DNA of 64,000 nucleotides from Camelus ferus (Eukaryota), in assembly GCF_009834535.1 (NCBI RefSeq), contig NC_045713.1, positions 6,758,001-6,822,000 of the forward strand, given 5' to 3'. Below, in pieces: positions 1 to 14,300 of this stretch (the stretch's first letter is position 1; every line of letters starts with the position of its first letter). A program made the position numbers and the translations under genes. The notes below the pieces were generated by a model. That model was not told where the DNA came from, ran no database searches, and was given only the letters and a program-made list of their open reading frames with translations.

Positions 1-1501
1 GAAGCTGCTGCAGCAGCAGCAGGCGGTGGCCGCTGTCCCTGTGCCTCCTGCGCCCAGTTCCCCGCCCCCACTGTGGGCCGGCCTGGCCAAGCAGGGACTG
101 TCCATGAAGACACTGCTGGAGCTGCAGCTGGAGGGCGAGCGGCAGATGCACAAGCAGCCCCCGCCTCGGGAGCCGTCTCGGGCCCAGGCCCCCAACCACC
201 GTGTGGTGAGCAGGCCGGGCCCGGTCCCCACTGACCAGCACCCTGGGGCCCTGGGACACCCCTTCCAGTCCACTCCCAGGGTGACTCCAGGGTGGGCGCG
301 CACTGGTCCAGGTGGGACTCTGGACCCTCTCTTCTGTGCAGCCCTCGCCCTGCCCCCCTTTGCCGCCTGAAGGAACGTTCCCACTCAGCATTCTTGAGTG
401 TGTGTGTTCTTTTTTTGGGCCACCTTGACTTCTGCCATCTGTAGCAGCTCGGGGGCCTGGGTGCCGCCCCCCTGAACCAGTGGGTATCTGAGGCTGGGCC
501 GCTGTGGGGCGGGCCCGACAAGAGTGGGGGCAGCAGCAGCCTGGGACTCTGGGAGGACACCCTCAAGAGCAGCGGGAGCCTGGCCCGCAGCCTGGGCCTG
601 AAGAACAGCCGCAGCAGCCCCTCTCTCAGGTGGGTGCCAGGGCCTGCAGGGCCCAGGCCACGGCCCCGGGGGAAGGATACGGGACACCTGAGTTAATTTC
701 TTGCCTCTCATTCACCCTCATCCCGCTCAGTGACTCGTACAGCCACCTGTCAGGTCGGCCTGTGCGCAAAAAGACAGAGGAGGAAGAGAAGCTGTTGAAG
801 CTGCTGCAGGGCATCCCTCGGCCCCAGGATGGCTTCACCCAGTGGTGTGAGCAGATGCTGCACACGCTGAGTACCACAGGCAGCCTGGACGGTAAGGCAG
901 TGCTCCCTGGGAAGCCGGGCCAGGGGTTCCAGACCTGCGTCTGGTGGGCCCTGACAGCTGCCTCCTGTCNNNNNNNNNNNNNNNNNNNNNNNNNNNNNNN
1001 NNNNNNNNNNNNNNNNNNNNNNNNNNNNNNNNNNNNNNNNNNNNNNNNNNNNNNNNNNNNNNNNNNNNNNNNNNNNNNNNNNNNNNNNNNNNNNNNNNNN
1101 NNNNNNNNNNNNNNNNNNNNNNNNNNNNNNNNNNNNNNNNNNNNNNNNNNNNNNNNCCCTGGCCAGAGGGGGTGAGGGCTCCCAGCGCCCTCCTGACTTG
1201 CCCTCTCTCTCTGCTGCCTTGCAGGAGGCTTGGCTGAGCAGCAGCTCCCTGCAGACGGCCTTTCAGACCAACCACAGCACCAAACTCGGCCCTGGGGAGG
1301 GCAGCAAGGCCAAGAGGCGGGCACTGATGCTGCACTCGGACCCCAGCATCTTGGGTGAGTTTGGGGGTGGAGCTGGGAGAATGGTCCTCCCTCAGTGCCG
1401 GACAGGAGCTGGGTGGGAGAGCTCAAACCCAGCTTCCCCTGGCTTCAGGGTACTCCCTGCATGGACCTTCTGGTGAGATCGAGAGCGTGGATGACTACTG
1501 A
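1..1501 (+). CDS. GIGYF1: GRB10-interacting GYF protein 1, last coding exons (partial; gene begins upstream of window)
   Basis: Exons <1-205, 445-629, 731-891, [one exon inferred inside N-block 970-1156], 1225-1354, 1449-1501 (TGA); all visible boundaries GT-AG. Translation includes ...GLSMKTLLELQLEGERQ..., ...RKKTEEEEKLLKLLQGIPRPQDGFTQWCEQMLH... and ends SGEIESVDDY*, the C-terminus I recognise for GIGYF1. Confidence 0.96.
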
Positions 1502-3785
1502 CCAGCCCGTCCCACCAGCGCCCCGGGTTATAGGCCGAGGGCAGCGGCAGCAGCTTGGACCTCTGGGTCCCCAGCCTGCAGGCTCCCCACGAGGAGCATA
1601 GGAGGAAGCAGGGGCAGGGTCCCCAGCACTTGTTACAAACCACACGATGCACCTTAACTCACCCACCACGAGGCACTTTACAGATTGGGGGAAAGGGTTT
1701 TTTTTTTCTTTCTTTTTTAAAAATTTTAAACAACATTGAAGAAAACATAAGGAGATGAAAAAATTGTTTAAGAACTAGACTCTAAGCACCCCTTTCCCTT
1801 TTGGGGATAGAAGGAGTGCAGTGGATGATCCACAGAGGTTTTTTGGGGGTTTTTGTTGGATTTTTTTTTTTTTTGGATTTTTTTTTTTAAGAAAAAAAGA
1901 AAAACAATGAAAAAAATTGATTAGGAGACTGAAAGAAAAAACACACTGTTATTTTGGGGCAGTGGGGACATGGGCCCCACAGACCTGTCCTGCCTGGCCC
2001 CCGAGGCTGCACTTCCCCTCCCCACCCCACGAGGTGGGCCACTGGGGTAACTGGAAGCTGGGGTGCCAGCAGTTTGCACAGCGAGGCCCCCTCAGCCCCG
2101 CCGGCCGGACCCGCTGTGAACGGCTCCCTTGTTGCTGTGACTGTGGCAGAGGTGTCTGGGGTGGGGGCCAACGTCGCCCCTTGGCTTTGCTGCTTTGGGG
2201 AAAGTTGCACAAATGGGCTGGGCTGCCTCAGCGCCCCCGGCTGCCATCCTGCGCCGGCTGACAGGGTGGACGGAAGAGGGCCAGCGGTGCCAACCTCATC
2301 TGGCTGTCAGGCCGGCAGAACTTCCACTCTGGCCCTGGTGAGGGTCTTCCCCCACCGCTGCCATTCGGGGGACCGCCTGGGTGTGAAGCTGAAAGCCCCA
2401 GCTCCCTGCCTTGCCACATGAATGTATTCTCTGGGCCGTGAGCCCCTGCTGCGCCCCCTGCCTCAACATTGAGGAGGTGGGGGCGGAGCAGTTCCTCCAG
2501 GAGCTGGAGAGAGAGGCACCACTTAATGACTGTTGTTTTTCCTGTGAAGGGGGCAGAGGAGGGGCCCAGGAGGCCGCAGAAGTGGGCAGCTTGGGGCTTC
2601 AGGTTGCAGTACGGGCCTGCTGTTAGAAGGGAGCCCCTCACCTGCAGCTGGCTGTGTGGGATGTGGACTACCCAGCTCTGCCCCGCCCCTCCATTGACCA
2701 AATGGGAGAGGAGCAGTTGGCCTCTCCCCTCCCTGCTCCCCTGATGTTTTTAATGTTGGGTAAGGTGGGGGGTCAAGAATGGGAGTGTCTGTCTCTCCCG
2801 GGTCGGGTCGGGGGTGGGCTACCCTTTACCACCTTCTTATTCCCGATCACCTACCTGGGTTTGTCTCCATTCGTGGTTTTTTTGGTTTTTTTTTTCTTTT
2901 TTTAAATTTTGTTGTATCTTTTTGGTTTCTCATCTAACTTCTCCCATCAACCTCATTGCTCAGAGCGCGGTATTAGGGCAAGATTTCTGCCACTGCCTCC
3001 CTTCCATGAATGTATTTATCCTTCCTGCCGTGGGGAAATGGGGAGTGACCCCAGTTTTCTTTCCCCATCTAGCCCCAGAGAGATGATTTTTTTTTTGCAC
3101 CAAAGTGGCAACTGGGTCAGTGTTGGGGGGTAAAGCTGGCCTCGGGGGTGGAGGGGCCCCCTCCACCTGCTTCTCCCTGGCTTCAACAGTGTTAGCGTCC
3201 GTGAAAAGACAATATTCTCTCTAAAGCAATAAGGGGGTGATGGGCCAGGGGGAAATGTCTTGCTGCTGCTGGCCCCCCAGCTCCCCCTTTCCTCAAGCCA
3301 GTATTTGGCGGCATTAGAGGTGGGGGGGTACTGTTGTGACTGAATGTAACTGCCCCCACCCCTGCCGCAGCCAATGCAGGGGAGGGGGGATGACACTTCC
3401 CTGTCTCTTCCTTCCCCTCCCCCCCAGCTAAAGAGACTTTGAACTTGGGGGCCCTTGAGCCTGGAGAGGCCTTAACCCTGTGAGGAAGTGTAGGGGGAGC
3501 CCTCTCCCACCCCCATCCCCTTCTGAGAGTGGTCAATGTTTACAAGTCCCTGAGCCCCCCAGCCCAGGGACTCAGCCCCCTTGCTGTCCTTCCCTAGCCC
3601 ATCTTCCTGGGCCCCAGCAGCTCTCCTGCCCTTCCTGGGGTTAGGGTGGGTGCAGGGGTCATTCTGTATCCTGTTGTCTGCCTTGTACCCATAATCTCCC
3701 ATACCCTGTGTGACTCTCCTCTCTTCTACCCGCCCCTGTAAATACTCCCCTTCCCCCAATAAAACTTGGTGTGTGTTCTCCTCTC
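1502..3785 (+). other. GIGYF1: GIGYF1 3'UTR (~2.3 kb) ending after AATAAA at 3758-3763
   Basis: Follows the TGA; canonical AATAAA then a GT/T-rich downstream element (cttggtgtgtgttctc). End coordinate approximate. Confidence 0.8.
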
Positions 3786-4098
3786 TGTCTCTGAGTCTTT
3801 TCTTGGGGGAAGGGGAAGGTGGGGATGAGAGGCAAAGCTCAGAGCTGGGAACTGAGCCTTGGGCAGAGGTGGTTCTGGTCGGTCAGCCCAACAGGGCCAG
3901 GCTAGAACTGGGAGAGTTGGGGGTGTGGGGACACCTGTGACCCGCTGGGGGAGGAGGTCCTCCTGCCTGTGACTTGGCTTTAGTCTGGGGAAGAGTGAGC
4001 ACTGCCCCTGCCGGCCACTCTGTCTTCAGGGACAGAGAACTAGAGGAAGGAAGACACGAGCAAGGGTACAGACCAGGTACAGAGTTGGAATTGGTTCC

Positions 4099-4104
4099 TT
4101 TATG
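4099..4104 (-). terminator. GNB2: Variant poly(A) signal CATAAA of GNB2
   Basis: + strand tttatg; preceded on the mRNA strand by a long U-rich tract; no canonical AATAAA seen on the minus strand of this UTR. Confidence 0.65.
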
Positions 4105-4449
4105 GAAAAACTGAAAATATAATAAAAATTAAAATAAAACCAGTTTTAAAAAAGCCAGCCCCTGGAGCTTCCACCTCCTGCCTCTGGCCCTCCAGAGGGA
4201 TGAGGCCCTAACCCCAGGGCAGCAAAAGGATGAGGGCTTTCTGCCCCTCCTCTTCCCCCATTCTATCCCCATCTTAATCTCCACAGTGGGGGCCTTGGGA
4301 GGAACCAAACCTGGGTAGGGGAGCAGGGACCCAAGGCCCCGTGGCCTGGGGAGGGAGGCTTGGTATACACCCAGCCCCAAAGCTCCCGGCCTGTAGTGTG
4401 GGCACGGGCAGGGCCCCTCCTAGCCTGGGTGCAGCTGGGATTGGGGCTG

Positions 4450-6917
<2,468 letters not shown>

Positions 6918-6919
6918 CG

Positions 6920-9850
6920 GGGGTAGAAGGGGGAAAGGCGGGGTTGAAGCGCTGCCCGGAAGGGGTAAGCACCGGTCGGAGTAGGGAGGAGGAGGAGGCG
7001 GCAGCGGTGGCGTGGTCCCCGGGACAGAGCCAGGGTCTCTGGCACAGGAGAGACAGTTGCCGAGAACAGCTGACTTCCCCAATCTTCCTCCCGCCCCCCG
7101 GAAACGGAGCGGGAAGCGCAAGAGGAAGCGCAGGGGAAACCCCTCCCTCGGACAGCAGCCCGGGCGGGACACTCGCGGCAGGAACTGGGGGCCGGAGGTG
7201 GGGGGGGGGGGGGGTAGTCCCTTCGAAAACAGACCTGGCGTCTTCCCGGGCCCGCAGAGGCACCGCCCTCCTAGCGCCTAATTTTAAAAGGGGCGGTGCC
7301 TCTTTAAATGCACCCCCACACGCCGCACACCCTCCACACACACCCCCAGCTGGGGGTGGGGGAGACCAGAGGGGAAAGATGGGCTGTTCGTGGGGTTGCC
7401 TAGGCAACCGTCACCCGGACTGAGAGCACCTCATTGGTGAAGTGCCCCCACCCTAGCCCGGTTGCCAAGGCAACCGCATCCACGGCAGAGACCTGTAGGG
7501 TGGGTGACCCCACCCCCGGCCCCATCGCCCCCGCCCGACCCAGCCTCCCGCCCCTCCCCAGAACGGGCCAAGGTGGCTGTTTACAGGATTTGGGAAAAGC
7601 CGATTGGGCGCTAATAGGTTCGGGACGGCTCACCCCGGATTATCCCTGGACCGGCTGCGCCCCATTAGCCGCGCGGCGAGGGGAGGCGAGGGTGGCGGGG
7701 AAGGCAGCCCCAAGCCGTTGTTCCCTCCAGTGCCGAGGCCGCTCGCCCCGACGCGCCCGCATAAAGCCCGTGGGAGCCGCTCTCCAGTAATTAGGGCTCT
7801 GAAGACAGGTCCCCGGCCCCGCGGCGCGGAGCTGCTCTCTCCCAGACGCCGGCGGGCGGGCGGGCGGCCCCAGGCGGCCCGGCACCTGAGCCCTAGTTTC
7901 CCCAAGAGCCCAGCCCGTGGGCTCCGCGCCGGGGCCCCAGGGGCCTGGCTGGCTTCGCTCCAAGGCCTGGAGTCCTGCCCCACCTTTTGGACACCTGTGT
8001 GATCTGACCACGCACACTGCACTCTGCCGACCCAGGCGTCCCCCACCCTGCTCCCACTTCCCCCAGGCCCTGGGCGTTCCTCTTCCCCACTGACATTTCC
8101 CCTGTCAGTTCAGCTTTCTACACCAGAGCCAGAGGACGACCCTCCAAAAAAGGGAGGGGGTAGAGCCCCACGCCCCCACGCCCCAGCTCCGGACAAAGCC
8201 CCTTCCTTCCAGCCGCCAGCAGCCCAGGCCGGACGACAACGCTAGAGGCTCTGGGCAGAAGGAAACAAGCCAGGAGGAAGCCGCTGGGGGCGGGGGCGAC
8301 GCTCCCAGCCCTCAATCCCCATCACCCGCCAGGGCCCCCTCGGCGGCCCCTGATTCTGGGCATACAGCAGCAGGAGCCCTAAGGAAAAATGGGGGTGCGA
8401 CCGCCTCCCCAGGTCTGGCAGGGCGAAGGGGAGAGCACAAGAGAGGGTCCCCGGATCTGCCAGCTGGAAGGCGCGGGCCGGTGCCGCGCTGCGAAGCGCA
8501 GTGGGCCTGGCCCTCCGGCCCCCACGACCTCCATTTTGCCCAAAAGAAAACTAGGCGGGGGGTGGGGACTCCCGGGAGCTAAGCGTGGGGTTGGTTAGGA
8601 CTACTAAAGGGAATAGGGCGCCGAGATCTCCAGTCTAGGGTAATGGGGCCAGAAGACACAGGCAGAACCCAGATTGAGGGTGGAGATGAAGGGAAGGGTG
8701 GCCTCGCGGCCTTGCCTGCCTCTGAGGATTCTGGAGTTTTGCAAGGCGAATGCCGACGGGGGTGCGAAATGGAAGGACACGAGGGGCGCTACCCAGGGGC
8801 AGGCAGGAGGGTGGGGGGGGTGGAAGGGGGCGGGACGGGGCCTAGAGGAAGCCACGAATTTAGCCCCCCCAACTTTTCCGGGACCAAGAGGCAGGTAGGG
8901 CTGGGATGGGGTCTAGGGTCCGGCAAAAAAAAAAACCCCGACGATGCAGGGAACGTGTGCGTTTACTCGGGGCGAGGGTCCCCCCAGTTCCCCTTCCGGG
9001 TTTGCGAGCGACGGGGCCAGAAGAAGGGAGAGGAGGTCTGGGGAGTTACGTCCGCTCCCGAGAGGCCAGACCGGGGAGACAGGCGGAAGAGAGGTTCCCC
9101 CCATGGGAATTTGGGGCTGGGGGGGATGAGGACTCCTTTTATCAGCGGAGGTACCTGTGGCGATGGGACTCTGCAGAGGGTCGCTAGAAGAGCGCGGGAG
9201 GTCCTGTCTTCCTCCGCGGCGGAGGCGGCAGCGGCGGCAGCGGCGGCGACGCGGATGGATTTCCTCAGTCACCCAACTCAACAGTCCAGCGCTGCTCTCC
9301 CCAGAGCGGAGGGATCCCGCCCGCCAGTGACGCGGCCGGCGCCGCCGCGCCCAGGGCCCGGCTGGGCGAGACCAACTACTCCGTGGGGGGAGGTCCGAAG
9401 GAAAAATACCACTTAAGGGGTAAAGAGTGACCCCGTCGCAACCAAGATATTATCCCACACTATTTCGACGCAAAACGGACCAAAACAAATGCTTTGCTTC
9501 CCGAAAAGGTGCAAGACATCCCCCCCGGGACCGGCAGAGGTGGTACGGGCATAAAGGAGGGCGAAACCTCTTGCTGGTCACGTGACCTGCCCACCCGGAT
9601 TGGGCGGCTCCAGACTGAGAAAGGAAGCTCGACGCCCAAATTCTCAATTTGGCTCCACCCCCTGACCGGTTAGGCCACGCCCCTCGGTAGGAGGTGGAGT
9701 TACAGAGATTGCTACCCGCGCCTTGCAGGCCCGACGGCCTCTAGGCGGTGGAGGGGAAGAGCAGCGATTCCGAAGGTCCTCGAGCAGGAGCAGGAAGGAG
9801 TGGGGACTTGGGCTGGCCCCTGGGAACCCAGGTATGCTGTGAAAACAGCC
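6920..9850. promoter_or_regulatory. GNB2: CpG-rich region covering GNB2 intron 1, exon 1 and promoter
   Basis: High GC and CpG density by eye; GC boxes, CCAAT boxes, E-box palindrome 9576-9587, X-boxes 7394-7476. Confidence 0.85.
9155..9265 (-). other. GNB2: GNB2 non-coding exon 1 (GCC-rich 5'UTR)
   Basis: Minus strand ...CCCATCGCCACAG|gtacct donor at 9155/9154; GCC/GCT triplet run; inside a CpG island. TSS approximate. Confidence 0.8.
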
Positions 9851-9944
9851 CTGCCCAGGCAGTGACCTCGCGTTGCCCAGAGGGCTTTTGTAGAACTCTT
9901 TACAGAGCTGCATGACACTGTACTTACAACTCATATTTATTGAG

Positions 9945-10265
9945 TCCACACTTATTTAATCCTCACGACAATGCTCTGAAGTTAAGTACGGGCATTGAAC
10001 CCATTTTATAGCAGTGGAAACAGATTTCTAGGGCTGCAGAGTTGCGATATGAACGAAGGCAGCTTTATCGACTTTACTGTGTGTAGTGATATCAGTGCTG
10101 GCCTCTTGATGAACCCTGCTCTGGACCATCCCTGTAAATGTATTAAAATGTAAGTATAGCCCTCAGTTTCCACATCTGTAAAATGAGAGTGTTGATGGCT
10201 ACATGCCCTGCAAGTCATCTTGGACTGATGAGATCCCCGTGGGTTGTGAAAGTGCTTTGGTAAGT
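9945..10265. mobile_element. Two oppositely oriented MIR fragments
   Basis: tttaatcctcac...cccattttatagcagtggaaac (antisense MIR core) and cctcagtttccacatctgtaaaatg (sense MIR core). Confidence 0.7.
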
Positions 10266-10419
10266 TCAAGTCAAAGAATAGCTTTCATTGAATCCTCATG
10301 CAATTTAAAGGTAAAAGTATCAAAACAGACACTTTTCCTTTAGTGTCTATTAAGAGCATTACAAGTAGTTTTCAAAGCACCATTTCTTAAAGAAATAAAT
10401 GTTTTAAAAGGCACATCCT

Positions 10420-10540
10420 GGGGGAGGGTATAGCTCAAGCAGTAAAGCACATGCTTTGCATGCATGAGGTCCTGGGTTCAATCCCCAGTACCTCCTCTAA
10501 AAATAAATAAGTAAACCTAATTACCTTCCCCCCCCACAAA
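10420..10540 (+). mobile_element. tRNA-derived SINE (camelid Vic-1-like) with target-site duplication
   Basis: GGGGAGGGTATAGCTCAAGC (A-box) ... GGTTCAATCCCC (B-box), A-rich tail; flanked by gcacatcct at 10411-10419 and 10544-10552. Family name from recollection. Confidence 0.8.
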
Positions 10541-10819
10541 AAAGCACATCCTTAGTTAAGCACAAACTCAATTTATGTGCATTAACCCATTCAATGATAC
10601 ATTAGCAGTACATATTAGATGTCAATTAGAAGTTAGAATTTGAAAGGGACCTTATAGATAATTTACTTCAATTTCCTCCTCATCTGCAGATGGATAACAT
10701 GACTTCCCAAAAGTTGCTTAGAAAACTAGCAGCCTTGGACTAGAACCCAATTTTGTTCATCTCGTTAGGGCATCTGACACGACTTCCTCTCACTTTGACT
10801 TCTGTGCTAATATGCTTCT

Positions 10820-13800
10820 TTGTTTTAACTCATTCAGCAAATATTTATTGAGTCCCAGTGATGTATTAAGCACTGTCTTAGGCACTGATGATATAACCTT
10901 GAACTTGTGCACCCTTCCCTGCCTGCAGGGAGCTTACAATCTACAGAGGAAACAGATAGTAGATGACCTGGAAATAACTATTAGTACTGGCGGCTTGGAA
11001 GTGCTGTTACTGAGAGTAGAACAGTTGGAAGGAGAGACATTTGGGGAGGAAGTTCAAGAGTTTTAAGTTGGGACGTGAGGTGCTTAGGAGAGGTGCACAG
11101 AGAATACTTAGTAGTGGCTGTTGAAGCAGGTCTGGGGCTTAGCAGAAGAGCCTGGGTTGGAACAGAGCCTTGAGAAGGAATGGCATTTTAGAGCAGATGA
11201 AGTCATTAAGAGGTTCAGGGAAAAGACAAGATGGCCTAAAACCAAGCCCTGAGGAACTCCAACATTTAAAGGTCAGACAGAGGAGATCAAGCTGCCAAAG
11301 AAGCCAGAGAGCTAAAAAGAAAATCAGGAGAATGTGAAGTTCTGGACTCAAACCCAAAAGAAAAAAGAGTGTTTCCAAAAAGAAATGAGAAACTGTGTTG
11401 AATGCTGCAGAGAGAGGCAGCAAGGCTGGACTGGGAAGTGGGCGTAGGATTGACTTCTGGGGAGGCCACTGGTGATTTTGTCTGGAGCATTTGCAGTGGA
11501 TACTCTTGTTTGCTGTGGGCTTTGGGCAAGTGAGAAATGAGGCAGTGGAGAAAACCAAGGTGGCCAAGGCTTTGGGAATCTTGTCTGGGAGGGGGTGTAG
11601 GAAAGTGGGGCATCTGTGGGAGGAGAATGTGAAGTCAAGATATTTGTGTTTTGATAGGAGCTACTGAAGATTGTTTAGGTAATAATGAGGAGGACAGCAA
11701 GGAGAGAGAGATGAAGGATGCAGACCGATAGGGGACAACCAGCAGATGACCAGTTTTCTGAGAAGGCAGAAGCCCTGGAGCATATGTGGAAAAGCTGGCT
11801 CTGATGGGTCAAGGGACACTTCCTCCTTCCTCTAACAGTTCTTTCTTAGGCTTCTCCTCAGCCTCTCCTCCTCTTCAGGACACTGTAAACATTGATTTTC
11901 TCAGGATCCCAACTTCAGCCTCCTCTTCTCACTCTCCATGATATTCACTGGTGACTTCAGTCACTACTGGAACTTTAATTACCCCGTAATTGCCCATGAC
12001 TCTCAAATCTCTGTCTCCATGTGCAGGCTTGGTGTCTGTCCAACTGCAGACTGAACATCTCCATCTGGATGTTTATGGACAATGGTGTGCTAGAATCAGC
12101 TTGTGCTGGCCCAGACCAGCTCACAAGAGCCCTTGATATACCTTTCTTCCCAACAATTTGTTCAATGAAGTCATGTTGATAGTAGGAACTTGTAATCATC
12201 AGAGTGGGAGTATTTACACTGTGGAACCCAGCAAATCCTTCAGATCGAGGTTCACCTTCCCCAAAGAGCTGGTTGTTAAAACCGTTACATCACAGTTCAC
12301 AGATGTCTCACACTCAACAAAATCAAAACTAAATTAATCCTCTTCCACCCCACCCCATCCTGCCCAACCCTACCCCTGCTCTGAATCTCTTGGCCCAGTT
12401 AGCAGCACCACCATCCACCCAGGAGCTTCTCATTCCCTCATTCGCCATATCCAAAGGATGGTCAGCGGATTAAGCTACAGTCCAAGCTGTTATAACAAAG
12501 AGTTCCCAAAATTCAGTGACTTAAGTGACAGCCCCAAAATAGATCCTCCAGGGCTGCGGGGCATCTTAGCTATCAACATGTGGCTTTCATCTCTGTGTCC
12601 AGTGTGGCCCAAGCAGTTCCCACAATTGTATCTGACTCTCATCTCTTGGGAAGGGGGTTGGCATGGGAAGCATAAGATCTTTCCTGTTTGAGAACACTAC
12701 TAACTTCTTCTCAGAAGTTGGCCAGGTGCAAGGAAGGCTGGGAAATGTAGTCTTTAGCCATACACCCAGCTAAAACATTGTTCATGAAGAAAGAAGGGGG
12801 ATAGCTATTGATGTAAGGCTAGCAGTCTGTGTCATTGGTGGATACATCTTGTTGATGCTTCTTCTTGAATATTGCTTAAATCTGTCCTTTCTACTGTCTG
12901 TCAACTGCTATTACCTTGGTTATTGCCTATTACCTGGCCTTTTAGGATAGTCTCTCTCTAGTCAACCTACCAAATAGCTGCCAGAGGTATCTTTCTAAAT
13001 TGCAAGTTGAATCTCATAATTTTGCTGTTCAAAACCATGCAGTAGTCCCCTGTCAATTCCATAAGAAGGGCCAAACTTCTTTGCAAGACACACAGGCTGG
13101 GTCTTGTCCCCTCTGCTAAGAATGCCTTCCACCCACACTCCAATGCACCTTCCTTGTCAGCTGGGAACATTTTCATTTTCTCAGTCTTAGTGTAAATATT
13201 GCCTCCCTGACTACACTGTTGTTCGTGCCCCACTGCAATGCTGTCTCCATTCCTGCTGCAGCCTTTACTGGACTGTTTCTTTCTGGGCACTTGCTACCTG
13301 CACTAGGGGTTCCCTGGGAAGCCAGGGCACTTGGTTTGTCTGGCAGAGGTCTGGGTGACAGCTCACCAAGCAATGAACAGACCCTCAAAAGATGCCAAAT
13401 CATATCCAAGGTGTGGTATCTGAGGGTCATGGCCCTGCCACCTTCGACATCATTACCAGGTGCTCAAGGTTTGACCAATGGGAGAACCTCCAGATGACTT
13501 TATTGGGCTTATTGTTCAATCTTCCAAGATAGACATTAAATTCAATAAGAGTCCCATCAAATTATATGCCATTTTATCCCCAGTGCCTATCAGGCACCTA
13601 GACAACATCTGTGAAATGAATCGAAGCAACGTTTCCCCCAGAAAATCAACGTTTTCACATGCCACAGTTCAAATCTCCTCTCTGTCCCTTACCAGCTGAG
13701 TGACCTTGGGCAAGTCACTTAACCTTTCCGTGCCTCTGTTTCCACTGCAAAATGGGGATGATAATCGGATCATTATGAGGACTAAATTACTTAATATTTA

Positions 13801-14300
13801 TAAAGTATTTATATCAGTGCCTGGTACATAGCAGATACTTTGTGTCTGCTAAACAAAAGTAGGGTTCTGGCATGAATGAGTCAGTCTTTGACTATTTTTC
13901 CAGTCATATCTCCCCTTGACACTGGTCTCTGCCATCAGCTCATATCCAGCTCTCCTTCTGGACTGAACTCCTATTTCCTCATAATGCTAGAAATGCCCAT
14001 TCCTCTAGACCTTTGCTCACCCTCTTCTCTGTGTGGAAGACCTTTCCCATCTTGCTCACTGGTAAACCCCTATTCATCCTTCACAATACAGCTCAAACTT
14101 CACTGGACTCTCAGAGACAGGTAGCCCCTCCCTACCCTGAGCCTCCATTTCATCCCACTTTTACGTATGTCTCCGCTCCCCACTGCACCAAAACTCCTTG
14201 AGAGCAGGAATACATCTTATGCACCTTAGTATTCCCATACCTTGTACAATGCCTGGCACACCGTATTCATAAAAGATGTTTGAATCAATAAGTGGATGAG
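10820..14300. mobile_element. Cluster of L2 fragments with interspersed MIR and MaLR-like pieces
   Basis: L2 3'-end signatures (cattcagcaaatatttattgag at ~10830; tgcctggcaca...tgtttgaatcaata at ~14250); MIR core ctgagtgaccttgggcaagtcacttaacct at ~13696. Confidence 0.7.
12080..12296 (+). mobile_element. MER63-like hAT DNA-transposon relic nested in L2
   Basis: Begins caatggtgtgctagaatcagc; contains gtgggagtatttacac and gagctggttgttaaa; interrupts an L2 fragment. Confidence 0.6.

Noticed and set aside
8643-9416. 257-aa + strand ORF antisense to GNB2 exon 1/intron 1
   Set aside because: Lies in a stop-poor CpG island; low-complexity G/R/A translation with no recognisable domain.
10420-10495. 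tRNA gene
   Set aside because: Degenerate cloverleaf, SINE tail and target-site duplication indicate a SINE.
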